Below, piece by piece: positions 1 to 8,301 of a DNA stretch of 10,261 nt; positions within the stretch are counted from its first letter, which is position 1, and each line of letters begins with the position of its first letter. The notes under the pieces are model-generated. The model saw nothing but the letters and a program-made list of their open reading frames with translations, was not told the DNA's origin and did not search any database. The position numbers were made by a program, and so were the translations under genes. Source of the DNA: Octopus sinensis (lineage: Eukaryota); NCBI RefSeq assembly GCF_006345805.1, contig NW_021827601.1:1-10261 (forward strand), given 5' to 3'.

Positions 1-110
1 CTTACAAAGAATTAGTCCCGGGGTCGATTTGCTCGACTAAATGCGGTGGCCAGCATGGCCGCAGTCAAACGACTGAAGTAAGTAAAAGAGTAAAAGAGTA
101 AAGAGAGAGT
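1..110 (+). mobile_element. SINE family A, 3' end (cut by window edge), copy A1
   Basis: Matches the 3' part of the full copies (e.g. 7809-8199): cttacaaagaat..gtcccggggtcgatttgctcgactaaa..gcggtg..cagcatggccgcagtcaaa.gactgaa, followed by a (gtaaaaga)n tail. Confidence 0.92.
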
Positions 111-409
111 CAAGTAATCTAGTCTCCCTCAGCATTGATACTATATCGAAGAATAATATTTTGGCTTGTTTTACTTGGATAAATGTATTTCATGTTATTT
201 TATGTTATTTTATGTAAATCATGTAATTATGTAAGTCAAAACAGAAGAACTGGCATCGGAATAACAAGGTATATGTGGGAAGGTGTGTTCAATCACGTAT
301 CCCTTTGTTTTACGTTTTATGAACAAATTTATTACGATGCATGTGGTTAAATATATACATGTACACACAGTATGCATGAGTATGGATGCACTTAAGCGGG
401 TGCATACCG

Positions 410-449
410 GTATATATAGCTATATATGTGTAAACATACATGCATATAT

Positions 450-503
<54 letters not shown>

Positions 504-745
504 GATGCATATATGCTGACAGACACACCGGTATGTATATTTATATGTATGTATATACATATACGTATATATATATATATATGTGTGTGTGTGGGGGGGG
601 TATATGTATATATATGTATATATATATATGCATATATGTATATATATATATGTATATATATATGTATAATATATATATATTTACACACACACACACATAT
701 ATATACATACATGCTTGCATAATATATAGATATGCATATACACAT
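410..745. repeat. Compound microsatellite mosaic (TA)n/(CA)n/(TG)n
   Basis: Directly visible dinucleotide runs; they explain the YI/HT/CV-rich ORFs in the track. Confidence 0.95.
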
Positions 746-1186
746 TAGAGTGTGCTTTTATCGTCTTACGCATACGTATACGTGAAACAATGGGCATATT
801 TGTGTATATGTGCATTTTCTGTGTATAAGCGCGTACATATGTGATTGATTGCACGTGCAGCTGCAGATTACCTGGCTGTGCTAGTGAATACGCTTTGCAT
901 AAATAGGTTCCTGAGCGTAGATTTGGGCATGAATGCATTCTATATCTTCGGTGGGTGTATGCACTCACCAAAATATATGGTTGTGTGCTTGTGTGTATGT
1001 ATCTAATTATTGCCTGTTCAAAACGAAATCATTAGTGTTAGATTTATTGCCACAAAAATTCATAAGAATTTATTTTTGTTTTGCTAAACATTGCTTCAAT
1101 GCGTTGATATCAAACAATATTTTGGTTAACCAATGAGAATGCTGCACTCATCATCCGCTTTGTAACATATTGTGTTCATATCAATA

Positions 1187-1356
1187 TTTTTTTCTTGTCT
1201 ACTGGAAGCGCAAGGCTCGAAATTTTGGAGGAAGGAACGAGTCGATTACATTCACCTCAGTACATAACTGGTACTTAAATGATCGACTGCGAAAGGATGA
1301 AAGGCAAAGTCGACCTCGGCGGAATTTGAACTTAGAAGGAAAGACAGACAAAATAC
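1187..1356 (-). mobile_element. SINE family B, 5'-truncated copy B1 (tail type 1)
   Basis: 1240-1356 aligns with 1424-1538 of the adjacent full copy (cgaaaggatgaaagg.aaagtcgacctcggc.gaatttgaact). The tRNA-like head is absent and the 3' tail (1187-1239) differs from that of B2. Confidence 0.85.
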
Positions 1357-1358
1357 AT

Positions 1359-1586
1359 ATTTCTTTACTACCTACAAGGGGCTAAACACAGAGGGGACAA
1401 ACAAGGACAGACAAACGGATTAAATTGGTTACATCGACTCCAGGCGTTACTGGTTCTTATTTAATCGACCCCGAAAGGATGAAAGGTAAAGTCGACCTCG
1501 GCAGAATTTGAACTCAGAACGTAGTTCAGACGAAATACCGCTAAGCATCTCGCCCGGCGTGCTAACGTTTCTGCCAGCTCGCCGCC
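1359..1586 (-). mobile_element. SINE family B, full-length tRNA-derived copy B2 (tail type 2)
   Basis: The minus strand starts ggcggcgagctggcagaaacgttagcacgccgggcg, with an A-box-like TGGCAGAAACG and a B-box-like GAGTTCAAATTC (+ strand 1504-1515). It ends in an A-rich tail. It resembles octopus tRNA-derived SINEs (OK/OR-type); the exact family name is not assigned. Confidence 0.88.
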
Positions 1587-1779
1587 TTGTCCATATCAAT
1601 ATTCCTCCGTATTAGTTGGGAAAATATGTTAAGGAAATTTGAATGTGTTCCGCTGTATGACTTAATTTCTTTTTGTATTGTTGGTAATTCTCTGTCTAAT
1701 GAATACATCTTTTTCTGGACGCTATCATACACACCCACTCACACCAGACACATTCACCGACTCACAAGCACACGCATAA

Positions 1780-1805
1780 ATATATATATATATATATATA
1801 TATAT
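1780..1805. repeat. (TA)n microsatellite
   Basis: Pure TA run. Confidence 0.95.
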
Positions 1806-1820
1806 GATAGATCTACACAC

Positions 1821-1980
1821 ATTTTTTTCTCTCCTTGTTTTTTTTCTGAGTACCTTTCTGCAGAAGAGCGTAGGCTCGAAACGTAAAATACTTTTTCTAC
1901 TCCTGAGCGCTATACTAATACATATGTTGGCTTGTAAACTGCCTGTCTTGGTCTTTTGTTTATTTTCGTAAACTTTCTTT
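1821..1980 (+). mobile_element. Probable Penelope-like retroelement terminal-repeat fragment
   Basis: Contains ctgcagaagagcgtaggctcgaaacgt, which fits the CTGANGAA-stem-GAAACGT pattern typical of Penelope-like element terminal repeats. It sits between two (TA)n tracts. No ORF; the family call rests on motif recognition only. Confidence 0.55.
1850..1891 (+). ncRNA. Minimal type I hammerhead-ribozyme-like motif with variant core (CUGCAGA)
   Basis: CTGCAGA at 1858-1864; helix II GAGC-gtag-GCTC at 1866-1877; GAAA at 1878-1881; palindromic ACGT and putative GUA cleavage triplet at 1883-1885. Helix I is TTT(1855-57)/AAA(1886-88) plus GTA(1850-52)/TAC(1889-91). Core position A6 is C. Confidence 0.5.
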
Positions 1981-1995
1981 TATATATATTACATC

Positions 1996-2075
<80 letters not shown>

Positions 2076-2082
2076 GTATATA

Positions 2083-2150
<68 letters not shown>

Positions 2151-2196
2151 TATATATATATATATATATGTAATATATATATATATATATATATAG

Positions 2197-2253
<57 letters not shown>

Positions 2254-2268
2254 TAGTAGATATATATA

Positions 2269-2318
<50 letters not shown>
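1981..2318. repeat. Long interrupted (TA)n microsatellite (~340 bp)
   Basis: Directly visible; occasional G/C interruptions. Confidence 0.97.
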
Positions 2319-2320
<2 letters not shown>

Positions 2321-2321
<1 letters not shown>

Positions 2322-2702
2322 GAGGGACAATGCCCAATGGTTAGGGCAGCGGACTCGCGGTCATAGGATCGCGGTTTCGAATCCTGGACCGGGCGTTGTG
2401 AGTGTTTATTGAGCGAAAACACCTAAAAGCTCCACGAGCCTCTGGCAGGGGATGGTGGTGATCCCTGCTGCACTCTTTCACCACAACTTTCTCTCACTCT
2501 TACTTCCTGTTTATGTTGTACCTGTATTTCAAAGGGCCGGCCTTGTCACTCTCTGTGTCACGCTGAATATCCCCGAGAACTACGTTAAGGGTACACGTGT
2601 CTGTGGAGTGCTCAGCCACTTACACGTTAATTTCACGAGCAGGCTGTTCCGTTGATTCGGATCAACCGGAACCCTCATCATCGTAACCGACGGAGTGCTT
2701 CC

Positions 2703-2703
<1 letters not shown>
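2321..2703 (+). mobile_element. SINE family C, near full-length tRNA-derived SINE (~380 bp)
   Basis: tRNA-like head ggagggacaatgcccaatggttagggcagcggactcgcggtcataggatcgcggtttcgaatcc, with an A-box-like element and B-box-like GTTTCGAATCC (~2374-2384). A unique GC-richer body follows, with (TA)n on both sides. It resembles octopus SINE families. Confidence 0.8.
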
Positions 2704-2753
<50 letters not shown>

Positions 2754-2790
2754 ATATATTTGGGTACAGCACATCACCATATATATGTAT
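2704..2790. repeat. (TA)n(TG)n microsatellite
   Basis: Directly visible. Confidence 0.93.
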
Positions 2791-3029
2791 ATATTTGGGT
2801 ACATCACATCACCAACTGTCCAAACAATATGAAGTACGTAAACAAACTAGCTATATACACGAATGAGACAGTAACACCCACCACCACACCACATGATTAA
2901 AGAGAGAAGGAATGAGAATAGAGAAGGAAAAAGAAAGAAAATCGTAAATAATACGCATAGACATACAGGTTAATACACACACAATAGACATATATGCATT
3001 TACCTGTGTTACCTTTGAGAAATAGATAT

Positions 3030-3231
3030 TCTTTTCCTTTACTTGTTTCAGTCATTTGACTGCGGCCATGCTGGAGCACCGCCTTTAGTCGAGCAAATCG
3101 ACCCTGGGACTTATTCTTTGTAAGCCAGTACTTATTCTATCGGTTTCTTTTGCCGAACCGCTAGGTGAGGGGACGTAGACGTAAACACACCAGCATCGGT
3201 TGTCAAGCAATGCTAGGGGGACAACACAAAA

Positions 3232-3266
<35 letters not shown>

Positions 3267-3428
3267 CGACAGGCTTCTTTCAGTTTCCGTCTACCAAATC
3301 CACTCACAAGGCATTGGTCGGCCCGGGGCTATAGCAGAAGACACTTGCCCAAGATGCCACGCAGTGGGACTGAACCCAGAACCATGTGGTTGGTTAGCAA
3401 GCTACTTACCACACAGCCACTCCTGCGC
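3030..3428 (-). mobile_element. SINE family A, full-length copy A2
   Basis: Reverse complement of the family A consensus from the head (ccactcctgcgc at 3417-3428) to the tail (cttttcctttacttgtttcagtc); internal (CA)(TA) tract at ~3231-3266. Confidence 0.95.
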
Positions 3429-3504
3429 TTTGTATATACTTGTATAAATATAACAATAAATAAGCAAATATATAAATAGACAAATAAATAAATATATAGA
3501 TATA

Positions 3505-4381
3505 CTAGTAGTATTGCCCGGCTCGTGCGCTCGTGCGTTCTATGCACGCGCGAATTAAGCTAAACTTGGATGAAGTTCAATAAAAATTCAATTATTTTGG
3601 TTTGAAGATCAAGCATTTAATGCCCTCTATTTTTGCGCTTATGTGTTCCATTTCCTCAATAGGAAGTACGTAGAAGCGTTTCATAAATTTTTGTTGATCA
3701 AATAATTGCATTGTTGAATTATTCTTTTAGATCAGTATTTCTCAACGGGGATTTCAGGGGAGAGTTTCAGGGAGTCGCTGGCGATGATGTGATGATCAAA
3801 AATCCGGCTTGCTAAAATTTGGTTAAGGAACGTGATAAACTGCAGACTCAACGCAAAATGGTCACATTTAATCAAAGCGTTTACAATGTTATGAAAGCAA
3901 TTGGTTAGTTTTCACAAATTTCAAAACGATAATACGAAACAATCTCCAGGCTAATCCCGAAAATTCATTTCTTTGCCGAATTTCTACAATGTTTACGGCG
4001 ATTCAATTTTATATCTTGATTTTTTATTTTTCATGCAATTTACGCATGCTTGCACGCGTGGTGAACACAGTTCACGTCAAACAGCTGACTGAGTAAAGTA
4101 CACAGTTCACGTCAAACAGCTGACTGAGTAAAGTACACAGATCACGTCAAACAACTGGCTGTGTAATGCATGGAATAATGCCTAAACAAACACATTATCA
4201 ATATTTGCACTTGCGAGATGAATTTCGGAACAGAAATAGCGCAGTTCAATTTTCATTCGCCTAAACTTTAAGTGACCCATTTTTGGTGGTTCTAAGATGT
4301 ATTGGCTAGGAGAAGGTGTGCCGGGAAGTTAAACACAGAGACACGCACACAGATACACAAGTTGAGTTTTATATATATAGA
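3505..4381 (-). mobile_element. Non-autonomous Helitron, apparently complete (877 bp)
   Basis: The minus strand reads A|TCTATATATATAAAACTC... at 4381 and ends ...CTAG|T at 3505, i.e. TC...CTAG termini in an A^T site. A GC-rich hairpin lies at 3527-3551 near the 3' end. There is an internal minisatellite, no TSD and no RepHel ORF. Confidence 0.75.
4065..4161. repeat. 35-bp minisatellite, ~2.8 copies
   Basis: acacagttcacgtcaaacagctgactgagtaaagt is identical at 4065-4099 and 4100-4134. A partial third copy at 4135-4161 has 3 mismatches in 27 nt. Confidence 0.97.
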
Positions 4382-4722
4382 TTTTTCAAATACCTGTGAA
4401 ATAATAAATGAAACTATGTAAAAGGCAAAGATACACAGAACATATGAAGCGAACCCATACACACACGAACATACACACAAGAAATTCCATGGACGGCCAA
4501 ATCAATGTCAAGTACACAATTAACAATGACAGCAGCAGCCGTGACAACGATAGCAATAACAGTAATAACAAGAACAACAACTACCACGAAGGCAACAGCG
4601 TGGGCGAACACACTTACACAAGGTAATACAGAAACTGTATCATTTTTTTGTGGGGGTTCTTAGGAAAGCAGCAGTACAATGGGATGTCAGGATGGGGTTG
4701 AGAGGAAGACCACACTACTGCT

Positions 4723-4883
4723 GGGTGCTGTGTGGTAAGTAGCTTGCTAACCAATCACGTGGTTCCGGGTTCAGTCCCACTGCGTGGCATCTTGGGCAAG
4801 TGTCTTCTGCTATAGCCCCGGGCCGACCAATGCCTTGTGAGTGGATTTGGTAGACGGAAACCGAAAAAAGCCTGTCGTATATG

Positions 4884-4937
<54 letters not shown>

Positions 4938-4938
4938 G

Positions 4939-5015
<77 letters not shown>

Positions 5016-5275
5016 TGTATGTATGTATGTTATGTATGTATGTATGTACGTATGTGTGTGTTTGGTATCTGTGTTTGTCCCACAACCGATGCTGGTGTGT
5101 TTGTTTCCCCGTCACGTAGCGGTTCGGCAAAAGAGTACAATAGAATAAGTACTGGGCTTACAAAGAATAATTCCCGGGGTCGATTTGCTCGATTAAAAAA
5201 AGGCGGTGCTCCAGCATGGCCGCAGTCAAATGACTGAAACAAGTAAGAGAGAGAGAAAAGAAAAAAAAGAAAGAG
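4723..5275 (+). mobile_element. SINE family A, copy A3 (head slightly truncated, expanded internal microsatellite)
   Basis: gctgtgtggtaagtagcttg...gggttcagtcccactgcgtggc head, (TA)n(TATG)n at ~4878-5060, standard 3' half and purine-rich tail. Confidence 0.95.
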
Positions 5276-5497
5276 ACACAAATATATATACACACACATA
5301 CACACATGCATACACGGACACACACACACACACACAAATACAAGCGCACATAAAGATACACATCTTAGAATAACAAAATTTAGTAACCGGGACAAAGAAC
5401 ATACTCGAATACGAAAAGTGTTGCTGAAGAGGTGAATGATGTGTGACGAATGATTTCCGGACAAGAGACAGGAGTTGAAAATAATAATATAAGAACA

Positions 5498-5666
5498 GGC
5501 GCAGGAGTTGCTGTGTGGGAAGTAGCTTGCTTACCAACCACACGGTTCCGGGTTCAGTCCCACTGCGTTGCACCTTGGGAAACTGCCTTCTACTATAGCC
5601 TCGGGCCAACCAAAGCCTTGTGAGTGGATTTGGTAGACGAAAACTGAAAGAAGCCTGTCGTATATT

Positions 5667-5749
<83 letters not shown>

Positions 5750-5965
5750 ATGTGTGTTGTGTTTGTGTGTCTGTGTTTGTCTCCTCAACATCGCTTGACA
5801 ACTGGTATGTTTACGTCCCCGTTACATAGCGGTTCGGCCTAAGAGACCGATATAATAAGTACTAGGCTTCCAAAGAATAAGTCCTGGGGTCGACTTGCTC
5901 GACTAAAAGGTGGTGCTCCAGCATGGCCGCAGTCAAATGACTGAAACAAGTAAAAATAAAACAGT
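5498..5965 (+). mobile_element. SINE family A, full-length copy A4
   Basis: Starts ggcgcaggag; internal (TA)n at ~5661-5755; ends gactgaaacaagtaaaaataaaa. Confidence 0.95.
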
Positions 5966-6113
5966 AATAAACGAGCGAAGAAAAAATATATAGTTCGTGT
6001 GTTTATTTGGCAAAAAACAAAAAAGATTAGCGTCCCGAAATACAACAATATTTGTTTCATCACAGGATTTTATATCAGGAATCTTGCAGAAGGAATTAAT
6101 AAACGTACATACA

Positions 6114-6229
6114 TTCTTTTATTCTTTTATTTCTCCCAGTCATTTTACTACGGCCAAGCTGGAGTACCGCTTTTAATCGAACAAATTGGCTCCAAGAATT
6201 ATTCTCTATAAGCCTAGTATTTATTTCTA
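6114..6229 (-). mobile_element. SINE family A, diverged 3' fragment A5
   Basis: cagtcattttactacggccaagctggagtaccgcttttaatcgaacaaattggctccaagaattattc aligns with many substitutions to the reverse-complemented 3' end of family A. Confidence 0.8.
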
Positions 6230-6242
6230 AATATGTGCAGTA

Positions 6243-6650
6243 GGCGCAGGCGTGGCTGTGTGGTAAGTAGCTTGTTTTACCAACCACATGGTTCTGGGTT
6301 CAGTTCACTGTGTGGCACATTGGGCAAATGTCTTCTACTATAGCCTCGGGCCGACCAAAGCCTTGTGAGTTGATTTGGTAGACGGAAACTGAAAGAAGCC
6401 CGTCATATATATGTATATGTATATATGCTTGTGTGTGTTTGTGTGTCTATATTTGCCCCCCTAGCATTGCTTGACAACCGATGTTGGTGTGTTTATGTCC
6501 CGGTCACTTAGCGGTTCGGCAAAAGAGACCGATAGAATAAGTACTGGGCTTACAAAAGAATAAGTCCCGGGGTCGAGTTGCTCGATTAAAGGCGGTGCTC
6601 CAGCATGGCCGCAGTCAAATGACTAAAACAAGTAAAAAGAGAGTAAAGAG
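6243..6650 (+). mobile_element. SINE family A, full-length copy A6
   Basis: Runs from the ggcgcaggcgtggctgtgtgg head to the gtaaaaagagagtaaagag tail, which abuts the LINE endonuclease region. Confidence 0.95.
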
Positions 6651-7375
6651 TTCTTTATAGATGTTCTCTTTTTCACTGATCTTCGGTTTTATGTTAACAT
6701 CCGATGGGCAGGTAATTTCCACAACTGTACACAGTTTCCCTTCTCTATCCCAAATCATTCTATCAGATCTGTTGGGCTTAGATTTTATTGAGGTCTTCAC
6801 TGGTATATTACACCATTATTCCTTTTTATTATGAGTGGCTATGGATTCTACTACATTGTGGATACTTATATCCTAGAGATAATCCTTCCAACAGATTTTA
6901 CTATAGAGTGTCCTACCGACAACAACATGTCCCATCGGTAGATAATACCGTGAAGACATTTACGGACAACTGTTTATGACGTGGATGATATCTCCAGTGT
7001 GAATTCCACAAAGTCTGCATTGGTTGTGCATCAGGTACATGGCTGATACTTCCTCTTCCTGGATTGCAATCGTATTCCCTTCAGAGTGGGAAGTAGTAAT
7101 CCGGTTATTGGTCCATGAGAAACTGCTTTGGTGATCGATGTTTTCTAATAACATATCCATGCATTTTCTTCTGCTTATGGAGCTGCCTTCCAAGCCATAT
7201 TATTTTATCAGCCTCATGTATGCCAACTTGGTCAAGAGATGCACTTCTACACTTGGTGGTTAAAAGATGTTGCCGAAGGGACATGATACAACATTCTAAG
7301 GCATTTGGGATCGAGGCTAAACTTCCGCCGCCTTCTTTTTGTTTTAGGTAGAAGCGGTGTACTTCACTGTTTATA
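6648..7375 (-). mobile_element. Decayed RLE-type non-LTR retrotransposon (R4/Dong-like), C-terminal part of ORF
   Basis: Manual translation of 7374-7141 gives INSEVHRFYLKQKEGGGSLASI...KKMHGYVIRK, resembling the post-RT 'RLYLxRKEGGRGL' motif. After a frameshift at ~7140 come NIDHQSSFSW..., the CCHC knuckle CRLCGIHTGDIIHVINSC (C-x2-C-x8-H-x4-C, 6966-7019) and NRSDRMIWDREGKLCTVVEITCP (PD..D..E-type endonuclease-like, with P>S). In-frame stops at 6960-62, 6873-75 and 6816-18. Confidence 0.85.
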
Positions 7376-7538
7376 TGTTTATATCCCCGTCACTTAGCGG
7401 TTCGGCAAAAGAGACCGATACAATAAGTACTGGGCTTTCAAAGAATAAGTCCCGGGGTCGGGTTGCTCGATTAAAAAAAGGCGGTGCTCCAGCCTGGCCG
7501 CAGTCAAATGACTGAAACAAGTAAAAGAGTAAAGAGAG
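7376..7538 (+). mobile_element. SINE family A, 3' half, copy A7
   Basis: Matches 8037-8199 and shares its private variants (gatacaataag, ctttcaaag, A7 run). Confidence 0.93.
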
Positions 7539-7621
7539 TAGAGGCTGTCTCCTTGGAATATGCCTCTCTGATAATATATTCTATCGGCGATAATACAGTC
7601 ACATTTTGTGTTCAATTCCAA
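7539..7621 (-). mobile_element. Reverse-transcriptase fragment of non-LTR retrotransposon (copy 1)
   Basis: LELNTKCDCIIADRIYYQRGIFQGDSL matches the non-LTR RT 'GIxQGDxLS' motif; it is truncated by the SINE A7 tail. Confidence 0.8.
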
Positions 7622-7640
7622 GATTGCTTAAAAATATAAA

Positions 7641-7736
7641 TACTGGAGTCCATTCATTTGACAATAAGTACTTCAATGTGGTGCCCCAGAATGACCTTAT
7701 TTTAATGACAGAAACAAATGAAAAGTAAAGGATAAA
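7641..7736 (+). mobile_element. Old diverged SINE 3' tail (copy 1)
   Basis: tactggagtccattcatttgac...caatgtggtgccccagaatgacc...taatgacagaaacaaatgaaaag resembles the ggggtcga...ggcggtgctccagcatggccgcagtc..atgactgaaacaagtaaaag 3' module of family A, with heavy decay. Confidence 0.65.
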
Positions 7737-7808
7737 TGTTTCATCATATACATTACCAACCATAAAATTTCTTAATGAAATACAGTAATATGTGACTAGA
7801 AATATTTA

Positions 7809-8199
7809 GGCGCAGGAGTGGCTGTGTGGTAAGTAGCTTGTTTACCAACCACATGGTTCCAGGTTCAGTCCCACTGCGTGGCACCTTGGGCAAGTGTTCT
7901 TCTACTATAGCCTCAGGCCGACAAAAGCCTTGTGAGTGGATTTGGTAGACGGAAACTGAAAGAAGCCCGTCGTATATATGTATGTGTGTGTGTCTGTGTT
8001 TGTCCCCCTAACATCACTTGACAACCGATGCTGGTGTGTTTATATCCCCGTCACTTAGCGGTTCGGCCAAAGAGACCGATACAATAAGTACTGAGCTTTC
8101 AAAGAATAAGTCCCGGGGTCGAGTTGCTCGATTAAAAAAAGGCGGTGCTCCAGCATGGCCGCAGTCAAATGACTGAAACAAGTAAAAGAGTAAAGAGAG
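7809..8199 (+). mobile_element. SINE family A, full-length copy A8
   Basis: Head ggcgcaggagtggctgtgtgg with A-box-like 7819-7829 and B-box-like GGTTCAGTCCC 7862-7872; short internal TA/TG tract; tail gtaaaagagtaaagagag. Confidence 0.96.
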
Positions 8200-8282
8200 T
8201 AGAGGCTGTCTCCTTGGAATATGCCTCTGTGATAATATATTCTATCGGTGATAATACAGTCACATTCTGTATTCAATTTCAA
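8200..8282 (-). mobile_element. Reverse-transcriptase fragment (duplicated copy 2)
   Basis: LKLNTECDCIITDRIYYHRGIFQGDSL; duplicate of 7539-7621. Confidence 0.8.
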
Positions 8283-8301
8283 GATTGCTTAAAAATATAA
8301 A

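Noticed and set aside
245-275. Possible 24-nt micro-exon (cag|aagaactgg...aacaag|gtatat)
   Set aside because: No polypyrimidine tract; AG/GT pairs of this kind arise by chance.
283-748. ORFs rich in YI/HT/CV (also 1995-2422, 4810-5237, 5226-5829, 9815-10207)
   Set aside because: Translations of dinucleotide microsatellites, which lack stop codons in some frames.
950-969. 8-bp hairpin ggtgggtg-tatg-cactcacc, and an 8-bp inverted repeat at 4669-4676/4716-4723
   Set aside because: Short enough to be chance; no supporting context.
2321-2392. tRNA gene call for SINE heads (also 1500-1586 and family A heads)
   Set aside because: No complete cloverleaf or canonical anticodon loop, and each head continues into a SINE body.
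3733-3750. cagtatttctcaac resembling a hAT-type terminal inverted repeat
   Set aside because: No matching inverted partner or 8-bp TSD found.
4065-4161. CRISPR-like array
   Set aside because: Units are contiguous, with no unique spacers, in a eukaryotic context.
4480-4630. Asn/Ser- or Thr/Ala-rich ORF with a possible donor site (aag|gtaata)
   Set aside because: A degenerate (ACA/AAC)n-like tract with no good acceptor and no recognisable domain; an exon cannot be strictly excluded without RNA-seq.
5422-5452. Second CTGAAGAG...GAA hammerhead-like core
   Set aside because: No helix II pairing and no GAAA/NUH arrangement.
7394-7621. Repeated ORF ...QGDSLYSLYSFTCFSHLTAAMLEHRLF... (also 8055-8282)
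   Set aside because: A chimera of an RT fragment and an antisense SINE, not a gene.
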